Assembly: GCA_016198275.1 (NCBI GenBank)
Contig: JACQIX010000010.1
Location: forward strand, 172-64,171
Source of the DNA: Candidatus Daviesbacteria bacterium
Lineage (GTDB): Bacteria; Patescibacteriota; Microgenomatia; Daviesbacterales; UBA10151
Direction: 5' to 3'
DNA: 64,000 bases
Part shown: positions 37,277 through 47,016 of the stretch, one piece after another
Position numbering within the stretch: position 1 is the stretch's first letter
How the letters are laid out: each line of letters begins with the position of its first letter
Position numbers and translations under genes: made by a program
Notes under the pieces: model-generated
Database searches by the model: none
Told to the model about the DNA's origin: nothing
What the model saw: the letters and a program-made list of their open reading frames with translations, nothing else

Positions 37277-37513
37277 TTAAGGAGTTTGGGGAACTTTTGC
37301 AGAGATTTTTCTCCTGAGTGTATGTTGACCTGGTCCATTTTCAGCTGGCTGATAAAATAAGGCTCCCTTAGCTAACTGAGGAAAGACTTCACGGGGATCT
37401 AGATAGAATCCTTTATTGCCTGCAAATCCCCCAACAATTTCTGAGTTAGTATCTATATCTGCGCTTCTTAGTTGCCAGTTGCTTTTAGAAGGAGTTTTCT
37501 GTTCTACTGTCAT
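37277..37513 (-). CDS. Hypothetical small protein (78 aa)
   Basis: ORF convergent with fusA and divergent from gpsA. No homology recognised. Somewhat higher local GC. Confidence 0.25.
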   Translation of the reverse strand: MTVEQKTPSKSNWQLRSADIDTNSEIVGGFAGNKGFYLDPREVFPQLAKGALFYQPAENGPGQHTLRRKISAKVPQTP

Positions 37514-37591
37514 AGTGATGGGATGTTAGCAAAATGTTGAGGTAAATTCAAGAATACTCTTTACACAGCAGATATAATATTTTCTGAAATT

Positions 37592-38641
37592 ATGGAAAGA
37601 TTAAAGGTGGCCATTTTGCCTGCCGGCGGAGCATTTGGTACAGCTATGTCAATACCTATTTCTGCTAACGGTCACGAAGTTACGCTTGTCTTTAGAGACG
37701 AAGATAAGGCTCAGATGTTTGGAGCGACCCGTCAGATTGGACGACTACCAGGAGTTATTTTTCCAGAAAGTATCGGATTTATTTCTGATACAGCAGAAGC
37801 TGTTAAAGATGCTGATTTATTGGTTTTAGCAACTCCTGCCCGTTATCTCGCAAGTTATTATCTTGAACAAATACAACCAAATATTGGGGAGGATACAATA
37901 ATTTTATGTTCAACCAAAGGATTAGTTGAGGTAGATGGTCAATATCTAAGACCTTCAGAAGTTATTTCACACTTTGATCCGAAAGCAGCCCAACGAACAG
38001 CTATTTTGTCTGGACCTAATTTTGCCAAAGAGATTGCTCAAAGTTTACCTTTTATGACAGTGATAGCATCACAAAATCCATCTTTGGCAGAAAAAATGGT
38101 AGATATATTTAATTTAACTTCTCAAATTAGAATTTATCCCAGTGATGATTTGGCAGGAGTTGAATTTGGAGGAGCATTTAAAAACACCATTGCAATTGCA
38201 GCAGGGGTCAGTGATGGCCGTCAATATGGAGAAAATGCCAGAACTGGCTTAATAAGTAGAGGGAAAGCTGAAATAGCCCGTTTGGTGCAGGCTTTGGGAG
38301 GAAGAAGAGAAACAGTAACAGAAGGATTGGTTGGAGCAGATTTGTGGATGAGCTGTACCAGTAATCAAAGTAGAAACCATAAGTTTGGGAAAAAGATAGG
38401 CAGAGGTGAAGATCCTCAAGAGCTTTTACAATCCCAAACAGTTGAAGGGTACTATACAGCTAGAATAGCTTTTAAACTGGCAAGAAGACATAGGATTGAA
38501 ACGCCGATCATAGATGCTGTTTACGAAGTGCTTTATAATGGAGTTACAGTAGATGAGGCAATCAGACAGCTTCAGGAGAGAAAGCCTGTTTATGAAGATG
38601 GCAGGCCGCTTATAAGAAGTTTAGTTAGTAGTGATTTTTAG
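37592..38641 (+). CDS. gpsA: Glycerol-3-phosphate dehydrogenase [NAD(P)+]
   Basis: 349 aa. N-terminal Rossmann (KVAILPAGGAFGTAMS). GpsA-typical core (NTIAIAAGVSDG..GENARTGLISRG). Confidence 0.85.
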   Translation: MERLKVAILPAGGAFGTAMSIPISANGHEVTLVFRDEDKAQMFGATRQIGRLPGVIFPESIGFISDTAEAVKDADLLVLATPARYLASYYLEQIQPNIGEDTIILCSTKGLVEVDGQYLRPSEVISHFDPKAAQRTAILSGPNFAKEIAQSLPFMTVIASQNPSLAEKMVDIFNLTSQIRIYPSDDLAGVEFGGAFKNTIAIAAGVSDGRQYGENARTGLISRGKAEIARLVQALGGRRETVTEGLVGADLWMSCTSNQSRNHKFGKKIGRGEDPQELLQSQTVEGYYTARIAFKLARRHRIETPIIDAVYEVLYNGVTVDEAIRQLQERKPVYEDGRPLIRSLVSSDF

Positions 38642-39472
38642 AATAAACTGATAATCAAAAATAAACAGATAAGCTGACATTAAACAAAATCCAAAGATTA
38701 AAAACCAGGATCCTTTTAGAATAAATTTCTTACCCGGATTACCCAGTAAAGTTAAGCAAAACCCGATACAAATCAAAAGATAAGCTAAAATAATAAGATG
38801 AAAGGGAACCACTAGAGATAAAATTATCAATATGGCTGCACAATAAACAGCAGTCAGTCTTCTGCCCAAAAATACCGAAGTGGTATTATAGTCTAGATTT
38901 TTATCTACTTCATAATCTGCCAAGGTTGATAATGCATGAGCAGCTATAAAACCTAAAAAAATTATCCATACAATCAAAGGCAGCTTAAAAATATCTATTT
39001 GGCCTTTCTGGCTAAACCCCAATAAATAAACTAACAACATCCCGACTGCATTAATCAAAGAATCTAAAAAGGGTCGTCCCTTAAGTCTTAAAGGTTTAAA
39101 TGAATAAGCATAAGCCAGCAGTGGAACAATCAAAATTAATATAGCTGCCAGGAAGTTGTTTAATAGGAAAAAAGTTACGGCAAAGCTAATAGTGATAATT
39201 GATACAGACCATAGTAAAAAAGGGATGTCGGATTTTTTGAGTATATTTCCCTGCCAACCCCCTTTTCTTGGATTGTTAATATCAGACTTTCTGTCTGCGA
39301 TGTCATTGATACTAAAAATCGTTATCCCCAAAGGCATTGTAACGTAAAATAAACTTAGGAAAGCATTAACATTCCAAATGCCTGAAGTTACTATTCCCAA
39401 AAGGCAGATAAAAAAATAGACACTCCAAAACACTGGCCTGCTGGTTAAAAGTAACAGCTTTAGTTTACCCAC
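38621..39472 (-). CDS. UbiA-superfamily membrane prenyltransferase
   Basis: 283 aa, multi-TM. First Asp-rich motif NDIADRKSD (NDxxDxxxD). Second DYEVD (DxxxD). Confidence 0.6.
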   Translation of the reverse strand: MGKLKLLLLTSRPVFWSVYFFICLLGIVTSGIWNVNAFLSLFYVTMPLGITIFSINDIADRKSDINNPRKGGWQGNILKKSDIPFLLWSVSIITISFAVTFFLLNNFLAAILILIVPLLAYAYSFKPLRLKGRPFLDSLINAVGMLLVYLLGFSQKGQIDIFKLPLIVWIIFLGFIAAHALSTLADYEVDKNLDYNTTSVFLGRRLTAVYCAAILIILSLVVPFHLIILAYLLICIGFCLTLLGNPGKKFILKGSWFLIFGFCLMSAYLFIFDYQFILKITTN

Positions 39473-39591
39473 CCTTTAATTGTAAGAGTAGGATAAATTA
39501 AAGTAAATAATTTAACTATTGCATTTTTATCTTAACTGAGGTATATTTCTAATATTCCAGCTTAGAAAAAGCTGGATTTTAAACGCTTATC

Positions 39592-40776
39592 ATGGCAGAC
39601 GTAAAAAAATTTGATAGAAGCAAACCACACGTTAATGTCGGCACCATGGGTCATGTTGACCATGGTAAAACTACTTTAACTGCAGCAATTACCAAGGTCT
39701 TAGCGGCAAAAGGTTTGGCTGAAGCCCGTTCAGTTGACCAGATTGACAATGCGCCGGAAGAAAAAGCCCGCGGCATTACCATCAATATTTCCCATCAGGA
39801 ATATGAAACAGAAAAAAGACATTATGCCCATATTGATATGCCCGGTCACGCGGACTACATCAAAAATATGATTACCGGCGCTGCTCAAACTGACGGAGCA
39901 ATACTGGTAGTTTCCGCCCCTGACGGACCAATGCCCCAAACCAGAGAACATTTGTTACTTGCCCGTCAGGTAGGAGTTCCTGCTATTGTAGTTTATCTTA
40001 ATAAAGTGGATATGGTGGATGACCCTGAACTTTTGGATTTGGTGGAAGAGGAAGTGCGGGATCTTTTGAAAAAATATGAATATGATCCACAGTCTCCGAT
40101 TATTCGCGGATCAGCAAAGAAAGCATTAGAAGGTGATAGTGAGGCTGTTAAATCAATTGAAGAATTAATGAGTAAAGTTGATGAGTGGATTCCTACTCCT
40201 GTCCGAGATATTGATAAACCATTTTTGATGGCCGTTGAGGATGTTTTCTCCATCAAAGGTCGAGGAACAGTAGTCACCGGTAGAATTGAAAGAGGCAAGG
40301 TTAAGGTTAATGAGGAAATTGAGATTGTGGGGATCAGACCGACTAAAAAGAGCGTGGTAACAGGCATTGAAATGTTTCATAAACTATTGGATGAGGGACA
40401 AGCAGGGGATAATGCTGGAATACTCCTTCGGGGTATTGAAAAAGATGATGTGGAAAGGGGACAAGTTTTGGCAAAGCCCGGATCCATTACCCCCCATAGC
40501 GAATTTGAAGCAGAAGTTTATGTTTTATCTAAAGAAGAAGGGGGAAGGCATACTCCCTTTTTCAAAGGCTACAGACCGCAATTTTATATTAGAACTACTG
40601 ATGTGACCGGGGAAGTAGAATTGCCCCAAGGGGTGGAAATGGCTATACCGGGAGATACAGTCAAAGTTACCGGAAAATTGATTACTCCGGTGGCTATGGA
40701 AGAAGGTTTAAGGTTTGCTGTCAGAGAGGGTGGGAAAACCGTGGGAGCTGGAGTTATCACCAAGATTATTGCTTAG
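39592..40776 (+). CDS. tuf: Elongation factor Tu
   Basis: 394 aa. [26 protein letters not shown]. Full three-domain EF-Tu. Confidence 0.95.
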   Translation: MADVKKFDRSKPHVNVGTMGHVDHGKTTLTAAITKVLAAKGLAEARSVDQIDNAPEEKARGITINISHQEYETEKRHYAHIDMPGHADYIKNMITGAAQTDGAILVVSAPDGPMPQTREHLLLARQVGVPAIVVYLNKVDMVDDPELLDLVEEEVRDLLKKYEYDPQSPIIRGSAKKALEGDSEAVKSIEELMSKVDEWIPTPVRDIDKPFLMAVEDVFSIKGRGTVVTGRIERGKVKVNEEIEIVGIRPTKKSVVTGIEMFHKLLDEGQAGDNAGILLRGIEKDDVERGQVLAKPGSITPHSEFEAEVYVLSKEEGGRHTPFFKGYRPQFYIRTTDVTGEVELPQGVEMAIPGDTVKVTGKLITPVAMEEGLRFAVREGGKTVGAGVITKIIA

Positions 40777-40816
40777 AGTTTAAAATAAGCTATAATCGCA
40801 CATTGAAAGGACTATA

Positions 40817-41125
40817 TTGCCAAGAGGACGCATTCGTGTAAAACTGAAAAGTTACGATCATCGGGTATTGGATAATACTTGTGAATCCCTTTTGGATACA
40901 GCCCTTCGGACTGGTGCTAAAATTGTCGGTCCCATTCCTCTTCCTACCAAATTTGAACGTATCACTGTTTTAACTTCACCTCATACAGATAAAGATTCCA
41001 GAGAAGCTTTTGAGATAAGAACCCACAAAAGAGTTATAGATATTATTGAACCGACTCAAAAAACCATTGATTCCTTAATGCATCTTGAAATTCCAGCTGG
41101 AGTTGATATAGAAGTTAAGATGTAG
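40817..41125 (+). CDS. rpsJ: 30S ribosomal protein S10
   Basis: 102 aa. TTG start. [14 protein letters not shown]...[23 protein letters not shown]. Confidence 0.9.
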   Translation: MPRGRIRVKLKSYDHRVLDNTCESLLDTALRTGAKIVGPIPLPTKFERITVLTSPHTDKDSREAFEIRTHKRVIDIIEPTQKTIDSLMHLEIPAGVDIEVKM

Positions 41126-41260
41126 TCGCTTGGGTTTATATATACCTTGCATTTAGCTTCGGGCTTTGTTACAATTCTTCTGTAATTTCAGTAAATTGTG
41201 CGTCCTGAGCACTTCGATTTCACTGGTGTGAAGGATACGACAATTGAAGCACAAGATACT

Positions 41261-41301
41261 GAGTGAGATCCTGAGCATAGTCGGAAGGACTCACTCTTTT
41301 T
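41261..41301 (+). terminator. Strong rho-independent terminator/attenuator-like hairpin between rpsJ and rplC
   Basis: GAGTGAG(A)TCCT ... AGGACTCACTC: about 11-bp stem with one bulge and 13-nt loop, then TTTTT at 41297-41301. The motif TCCTGAGCA also occurs about 65 nt upstream (41199-41215). Confidence 0.55.
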
Positions 41302-41330
41302 AATGTCTAAATAATATCTAAATAATATCT

Positions 41331-42134
41331 ATGATAAACAGTTTGTTAGGAACAAAAAAAAGAATGACTTCAACTTATGATTCCCGGGGAAGAAGGGTAG
41401 GTGCTACTGTAGTAGAAATGCAGCCAAATTTTATTACCCAAATTAAGACAACCGGCAGTAAAGACGGCTACAATGCAGTACAAATTGGGTACGGGACTAA
41501 AAAAAGTGTTAAAAAACCCCAGCTTGGGCATACAAAAAAAGCAGGACTTGATACAAAAATTAGATGGTTTAAAGAAGTAAGAATTATTGAACAAAATCCC
41601 TCGATTACGCTCGGGATCTTGCGACCTGGAACAGGAATTAAACTGGACCAGGTTTTTTCAATCGGTGATGCGGTTAAAGTTACCGGTATCTCCAAAGGCA
41701 AAGGTTTCCAAGGTGGAGTAAGACGCCACGGTTTCCATGGTGGACCTAAAACTCACGGGCAATCTGACAGACACAGAGCACCTGGAGCAATTGGTTCAGG
41801 CACTACCCCGGGCAGGGTTTATAAGGGTAAAAAAATGGCCGGCCATATGGGTGATGTTTCTGTCAGTGTGAAAAATTTGGAAATAGTAGATTTAGACAAG
41901 AGCAAAAATTTATTAGTGGTGAAAGGGGCTGTTCCCGGCGCAAGCAATAGTTTGGTGATTATAACAAAGTTAGGCACAGTTAAAGGTTATACTCCCCCAC
42001 CTGAAGAGAAATTATCTGAGGAAGATATTCAGAAAGACTCGGAAAACTCAGAAAAACAGAAAGCCGGAGATTTAGAAAAACCAGAGAGTCAAACTTCTGG
42101 AACTACGGAGGTAAAAGAAGATGCCCAGGGTTAA
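41331..42134 (+). CDS. rplC: 50S ribosomal protein L3 (with acidic C-terminal extension)
   Basis: 267 aa. L3 core (..GISKGKGFQGGVRRHGFHGGPKTHGQSDRHRAPGAIG..). About 55-aa Glu/Ser/Lys-rich tail. Confidence 0.9.
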   Translation: MINSLLGTKKRMTSTYDSRGRRVGATVVEMQPNFITQIKTTGSKDGYNAVQIGYGTKKSVKKPQLGHTKKAGLDTKIRWFKEVRIIEQNPSITLGILRPGTGIKLDQVFSIGDAVKVTGISKGKGFQGGVRRHGFHGGPKTHGQSDRHRAPGAIGSGTTPGRVYKGKKMAGHMGDVSVSVKNLEIVDLDKSKNLLVVKGAVPGASNSLVIITKLGTVKGYTPPPEEKLSEEDIQKDSENSEKQKAGDLEKPESQTSGTTEVKEDAQG

Positions 42135-42876
42135 AAAAGAAACACCGGTTCAGAAATTCTCTATTACGTCATTGCGAATGAAAGCGAAGTCACGTATTAG
42201 GAAGCCTGCGGTTTCTCGCAATGATAAATTAAGTGTACCAATTTATTCTCTAGCTGGACGCTCTGGGGGAACATTGAGTTTGTCAAAAGAGATCTTTGGC
42301 CAAAAGGTAAATAAAAAATTACTGGCTCAAGCTGTCAGGGTTTATTTAACTAACAGAAAGAGTTTGTTGGCATCCACTAAAACCAGAGGAGAGGTAGAAG
42401 GTTCCACTGCCAAAATCTACAGACAAAAAGGTACTGGCAGAGCCAGACATGGATCAATTAGGGCACCAATTTTTGTGGGGGGGGGAATAGTTTTTGGTCC
42501 AAAAGCTAGAAAAGTAAGACTTGATCTGCCAAAAAAGATGAGAAAAGCAGCTTTAATTTCTGCTCTGTCTGCTAAGACGGAAGATCAGTCTATTTTAGGA
42601 TTATCAGGTTTAGATAAGTTATCAGGTAAAACCAAAGAAATAGCTAAGTTAATGTCATCACTCAGAAAGAAAAAACAAATAAGTACATTAATTATCACAA
42701 CAGACAAAATGGATAACGTAGTCCGAGGAACAAGAAATATTCCAAATATTAGAGTTTTGCCAGTAAATCTTGTCAATGTTTATGAAGTTTTAAGATATAA
42801 ATTGCTTTTAATAAGCAAAGAAGCAGCGGAAAAATTGGGTCAATTACAGAAGGAGAAAAAGAATGGTAATACTTAA
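42121..42876 (+). CDS. rplD: 50S ribosomal protein L4 (with N-terminal extension)
   Basis: 251 aa. L4 core (KGTGRARHGSIRAPIFVGGGIVFGP). Confidence 0.9.
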   Translation: MPRVKKETPVQKFSITSLRMKAKSRIRKPAVSRNDKLSVPIYSLAGRSGGTLSLSKEIFGQKVNKKLLAQAVRVYLTNRKSLLASTKTRGEVEGSTAKIYRQKGTGRARHGSIRAPIFVGGGIVFGPKARKVRLDLPKKMRKAALISALSAKTEDQSILGLSGLDKLSGKTKEIAKLMSSLRKKKQISTLIITTDKMDNVVRGTRNIPNIRVLPVNLVNVYEVLRYKLLLISKEAAEKLGQLQKEKKNGNT

Positions 42877-43291
42877 ACGTCCTATTATCACTGAGAAATC
42901 AATGAAGCTTGCCCAAAATAATTTTTATACTTTTGAAGTAGATAAGGTAGTAACTAAATCGATGGTAGCCAAAGCAGTAACGGAAAAGTTTAATGTTAAA
43001 GTTTTGAAAGTAAAAACCATCAATGTTAAGAGTCAGACTAAATCGCAAAAAAGGGTCAGGAAGCTTTATCAAACAAAAGGCCTTAAAAAGGCGATAGTGC
43101 AAGTGGAAAAAGGGGCAAAGATTGCCCTTTTTGAAACCCCGAAAACAGAAGAAGTAACCGTGACAACTGCAGAAGGTGAACCAATCAAGCTAAAAGAGAA
43201 AAAAGATTTCTTAGGCAGAATAAAAGTTAAGGTGGAAAAGTCAGCTGTGGGAGCAGCTCCAACCACCCAAAGGAAGGTGATTCCGACGTAA
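42863..43291 (+). CDS. rplW: 50S ribosomal protein L23 (C-terminally extended)
   Basis: 142 aa. L23 core (ILKRPIITEKSMKL...FEVDK). Confidence 0.85.
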   Translation: MVILKRPIITEKSMKLAQNNFYTFEVDKVVTKSMVAKAVTEKFNVKVLKVKTINVKSQTKSQKRVRKLYQTKGLKKAIVQVEKGAKIALFETPKTEEVTVTTAEGEPIKLKEKKDFLGRIKVKVEKSAVGAAPTTQRKVIPT

Positions 43292-43339
43292 GGAGGAATC
43301 CTCCTGAGCAACTCATTAAAGAGTGCGAAGGATTTCGCT

Positions 43340-44095
43340 ATGAAAACAGAAAACGCAAAAAAACTAAGAACATTACTTAAAAAACACTCCGGCAGATCTG
43401 CTGGTGGCATGGTGACAGTCAGAAGTCAGGGTGGAAGGCACAAAAGATATTATAGGCATATTGATTTTGCCAGAAATAAATTTGGAGTCTTAGGTGAGGT
43501 GGTAGCCCTGGAGTATGATCCTAACAGAAATGTTGATATTGCCTTGATTAAATATGAAGATGGTGAATATCATTACATACTGGCTCCCAAAGGGTTAAAT
43601 TTAGGGGACAAAGTTATCTCTGATGAGAAAGTAGAACTTAAAGTAGGAAATGCCATGAAATTAAAAAATATTACAATTGGGTCTTTAGTTCATAATGTAG
43701 AGCTTACTGCAGGTAGAGGTGGACAAATAGGCAGAAGTGCTGGAGTGGGATTGCAGCTTTTGGCAAAGGAAGGTACTTTTGCCAATTTGAAAATGCCTTC
43801 AGGCGAGACCAGGTTAATACCTTTGGAATCAATGGCCACAATTGGCTCTTTAGGTAATGAGGATATGAAGCAGCAGGTATTAGGAAAAGCAGGTAAGTCC
43901 CGCCACATGGGAATTAAACCGACTGTCCGCGGTGTGGCTCAGGATCCTGATTCGCACCCACATGGCGGGGGAGAGGGCCGCTCTGGCATAGGCAGGAAAA
44001 GACCGATGACCAAATACGGTAGAAGCGCTGTTGGCAAGAGAAGACAAAAAAACAAATATTCGAATAGATACATAATATCACAAAGGAAAGGATGA
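43340..44095 (+). CDS. rplB: 50S ribosomal protein L2
   Basis: 251 aa. L2 signature ([22 protein letters not shown]; HPHGGGEG). Confidence 0.9.
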   Translation: MKTENAKKLRTLLKKHSGRSAGGMVTVRSQGGRHKRYYRHIDFARNKFGVLGEVVALEYDPNRNVDIALIKYEDGEYHYILAPKGLNLGDKVISDEKVELKVGNAMKLKNITIGSLVHNVELTAGRGGQIGRSAGVGLQLLAKEGTFANLKMPSGETRLIPLESMATIGSLGNEDMKQQVLGKAGKSRHMGIKPTVRGVAQDPDSHPHGGGEGRSGIGRKRPMTKYGRSAVGKRRQKNKYSNRYIISQRKG

Positions 44096-44096
44096 T

Positions 44097-44381
44097 ATGA
44101 GTAGAAGTATTAAAAAGGGAATATATATAGATCAAAAGTTAATGCAAAAAGTGCAAAAGATAAAAAGTGGAGGATCTAAAACTCCAATTAAAACTTGGGC
44201 CAGAGGTAGTCAAATCCCACCGGAGTTTGTTGGTCTAACTTTTTTGGTTCACCAGGGCAAAAATTTTGTGACTGTTTTTGTGACAGAGTCAATGGTAGGA
44301 CACAGATTAGGCGAATTTGCGCCGACCAGAGTTTTTCGCGGTCATGGAAAGGTGACTGAAAAATCAACGTCAAAAACGTAA
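44097..44381 (+). CDS. rpsS: 30S ribosomal protein S19
   Basis: 94 aa. [15 protein letters not shown]...[11 protein letters not shown]...[11 protein letters not shown]. Confidence 0.9.
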   Translation: MSRSIKKGIYIDQKLMQKVQKIKSGGSKTPIKTWARGSQIPPEFVGLTFLVHQGKNFVTVFVTESMVGHRLGEFAPTRVFRGHGKVTEKSTSKT

Positions 44382-44402
44382 GGACCTTTGGACTGAAAAC
44401 AT

Positions 44403-44825
44403 ATGGAAGTACAGACAATACAAAGATATATACACACAAGTCCTCGTAAGCTGAGGTTGGTATCTGATATGGTGAGAAAAATGGAACCTGAGAAAGTGTT
44501 GGATATTTTAAGGGTTACACCAAAAAGCGCTGCCAAAGTTTTAGCTGGAGCAATTAAGACAGTTTTGGCAAATGCCAAACAACAGGGAATGGATACAAGC
44601 AAAATTACATTCAAATTACTGGAAATAAACGAAAGCATGAAAATGCGCCGCCTAAGAGCAGGAACCAGAGGAAGAGCAAAGCAATATAAAAGAAGGATGA
44701 GCCATATTAAAATAATTCTGACAGATGATTTAAATCTCAAACCTCAAAATTCAAAACTTAAAAAAAGAAAAGGAGGTAAACAGATTGAGGTCGTAATGGA
44801 CAATTCGGCTGAAAGTGCCAAATAA
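44403..44825 (+). CDS. rplV: 50S ribosomal protein L22
   Basis: 140 aa. L22 fold signature (..SPRKLRLVSDMVR...). Confidence 0.85.
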   Translation: MEVQTIQRYIHTSPRKLRLVSDMVRKMEPEKVLDILRVTPKSAAKVLAGAIKTVLANAKQQGMDTSKITFKLLEINESMKMRRLRAGTRGRAKQYKRRMSHIKIILTDDLNLKPQNSKLKKRKGGKQIEVVMDNSAESAK

Positions 44826-44848
44826 CAGTCTAAAGATACGTACCTAAT

Positions 44849-45499
44849 TTGTCCAAAAATATGGGTCAAAAGATTCATCCGGTTGGTTTTAGATTAGGAT
44901 TAGGTGCAAGTTGGAAATCCCGCTGGTTTGCCAGTGGTTTGAAATATCAACAATATGTTAGGCAAGATATTAAAATCAGAGATCTGTTGATGAAGAAACT
45001 TAAATCTGCAGGTATCCATTCTGTGGAGATTGAAAGGGCTGTCAATAAGCTTAAAGTCATAATTTTCGTTTCCCGGCCCGGAGTTTTAATTGGCAGAGGA
45101 GGCAGCGGTTTATCGGAGATAAAGAAATTCTTGATAAGTCAGCTGAAAATTAAAGAAAACAGCCTAGAGGTTGTGCCGATGGAATTAAGATCGGCAGATT
45201 TGTCAGCATATCTGGTTGCTCAATCTGTAGCCGAACAACTCTACCGCAGGTTGCCTGCCCAAAGGGTGATGAATCAGGTAATTGACCGGGTGATGAGAGC
45301 AGGGGCAAAAGGGGTAAGAGTTGTTTTATCAGGTAGGATTGGCGGAGCAGAAATTGCCAGGCGGGAGTGGAAGGCTCAGGGAAGTATGCCCTTACATACT
45401 TTAAGGGCTGATATTGACTTTGCCATTTACCCGGCCTTAACAAAATCCGGATTTGTGGGAGTAAAAGTGTGGATAAATAAAGGGGAAGTTAAAATATAA
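44849..45499 (+). CDS. rpsC: 30S ribosomal protein S3
   Basis: 216 aa. MGQKIHPVGFRLGL...KH domain GVLIGRGGSG. Confidence 0.9.
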   Translation: MSKNMGQKIHPVGFRLGLGASWKSRWFASGLKYQQYVRQDIKIRDLLMKKLKSAGIHSVEIERAVNKLKVIIFVSRPGVLIGRGGSGLSEIKKFLISQLKIKENSLEVVPMELRSADLSAYLVAQSVAEQLYRRLPAQRVMNQVIDRVMRAGAKGVRVVLSGRIGGAEIARREWKAQGSMPLHTLRADIDFAIYPALTKSGFVGVKVWINKGEVKI

Positions 45500-45508
45500 A
45501 AGGAGATT

Positions 45509-45919
45509 ATGGCTTTGTTACAACCAAAAAGAACTAAATATAGAAAAACTTTTAAAGGTAATAGGGGCGGAATTGCCACCAGAGGGAATAGTTTGGATTT
45601 TGGAACATTCGGCTTAAAAGCTATTGAAGCTGGATGGCTTTCAGCCAGACAGCTTGAGGCAGCACGTCGGGCTATGGCCCATTTTACCCAAAGAGGTGGG
45701 CGGATTTGGCTAAGAGTTTTTCCGGATAAGCCGGTGACTAAGCATCCGGCAGAATCAAGAATGGGTTTTGGTAAAGGCGATGTGGAAGGTTATGTGGTTG
45801 TTGTCAAGCCGGGACAATTAATCTTTGAAATGGGAGCTATCACCAAAGATATTGCCAAAGAAGCGCTCAGGTTAGCAGCACATAAATTACCTCTTAGCAC
45901 GAGGTTTGTGGAAAAGTAG
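45509..45919 (+). CDS. rplP: 50S ribosomal protein L16
   Basis: 136 aa. [17 protein letters not shown]... Confidence 0.9.
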   Translation: MALLQPKRTKYRKTFKGNRGGIATRGNSLDFGTFGLKAIEAGWLSARQLEAARRAMAHFTQRGGRIWLRVFPDKPVTKHPAESRMGFGKGDVEGYVVVVKPGQLIFEMGAITKDIAKEALRLAAHKLPLSTRFVEK

Positions 45920-45934
45920 ATTTATGATAAAACT

Positions 45935-46180
45935 ATGAAAAGAAATGAAATGGTGCAGATTAAAGGATTGAATATTAATAAGTTAAAAGATAAAGCTAAG
46001 TCTTTAAAAATGGAGATTTACAATCTGACTTTAGACAGTAAAATGAAGAAATTAAAAGATGTAAAACTAATTTCAAAAAGGAAAAAAGATTTGGCACAAG
46101 TTTTAACTATCCTCAGACAAAAAGAATTACTTGGAGAATTAGAATCTAAAGTTGAGAGAGGAGGTAAGTCGCTTAAGTGA
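45935..46180 (+). CDS. rpmC: 50S ribosomal protein L29
   Basis: 81 aa. Coiled-coil protein in the conserved L16-L29-S17 position. Confidence 0.8.
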   Translation: MKRNEMVQIKGLNINKLKDKAKSLKMEIYNLTLDSKMKKLKDVKLISKRKKDLAQVLTILRQKELLGELESKVERGGKSLK

Positions 46181-46192
46181 CTTAAGTTGCTT

Positions 46193-46633
46193 ATGGTCGG
46201 AAGAGTTATTTCAACAAAAATGAAAAGTACGGCTACTGTTTTAGTGGAAAGAGTAGCCATGCACCCTTTGTATAAAAAGACTTATGTCCAAAGTAAAAAA
46301 TATTTAGCTCACGACCTAATCGGAGTTAAAGATGGCGATTTGGTAGATATCATAAACTGTAAGCCTATTTCTAGGAAAAAAAACTGGCAAATAGTTAAAG
46401 TAGTGGGTAAGAATTTAGCGGAAATTACGGAGGAAAAGTTGAAGAAAGAGGCAGAAAAGGTAATTTTGGAAGTAATGCCGGAAGACAGATCGGAAAATTC
46501 TGAAAACTTAGATAGTCAGAATATCGGAATATCTGATAATCAGACAAACCGGAATTCTGATGTATCTGGTGCTCCGAGTAATTCTGAGATTTCTGGAAAG
46601 AAGAAATCTAGAAAAAAGAAAGAGGCAAAATAA
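46193..46633 (+). CDS. rpsQ: 30S ribosomal protein S17 (with about 60-aa Ser/Asn/Lys-rich C-terminal extension)
   Basis: MVGRVISTKMKSTATVLVERV... is S17 core. ATG at 46193 (ORF track starts at TTG 46187). Tail ..SENSENLDSQNIGISDNQTNRNSDVSGAPSNSEISGKKKSRKKKEAK. Confidence 0.85.
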   Translation: MVGRVISTKMKSTATVLVERVAMHPLYKKTYVQSKKYLAHDLIGVKDGDLVDIINCKPISRKKNWQIVKVVGKNLAEITEEKLKKEAEKVILEVMPEDRSENSENLDSQNIGISDNQTNRNSDVSGAPSNSEISGKKKSRKKKEAK

Positions 46634-47001
46634 TGGTTCAGCATAGAACAAGATTGACAGTTGCAGATAATAGCGGAGCCAAAATTATCCAGGTGATTCA
46701 ACCATTGGGCGGTACAGGTAAAAGAAAGGCCATAGTTGGACAAATAGTAGTCGGCGTGGTTAAAGGAGCAGACCCTAATGGGGCTGTAAAAAATCATGAG
46801 ATAGTTAAAACAGTGATTGTCAGATGTAAAAAGGAAATTCGGCGTGATGATGGTAGTTATATTAAATTTGACGACAATGCCGGAGTAATTGTTGATAATG
46901 AGGGAAATTTGAAAGCGACGCGTATCTTCGGACCGATTGCCAGAGAAGTTAGAGATGCAGGATACACAAAAATTGTATCGTTAGCACAGGAAGTATGGTA
47001 A
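46633..47001 (+). CDS. rplN: 50S ribosomal protein L14
   Basis: 122 aa. MVQHRTRLTVADNSGAK... Confidence 0.9.
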   Translation: MVQHRTRLTVADNSGAKIIQVIQPLGGTGKRKAIVGQIVVGVVKGADPNGAVKNHEIVKTVIVRCKKEIRRDDGSYIKFDDNAGVIVDNEGNLKATRIFGPIAREVRDAGYTKIVSLAQEVW

Positions 47002-47016
47002 AGGAGGTTAATAAAA

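Noticed and set aside
42477-42485. G9 homopolymer inside rplD (codes VGGG)
   Set aside because: Could be a slipped-strand site, but phase variation of an essential ribosomal protein is implausible. It simply encodes the conserved Gly-rich loop of L4. Flagged only as a possible sequencing-error hotspot.
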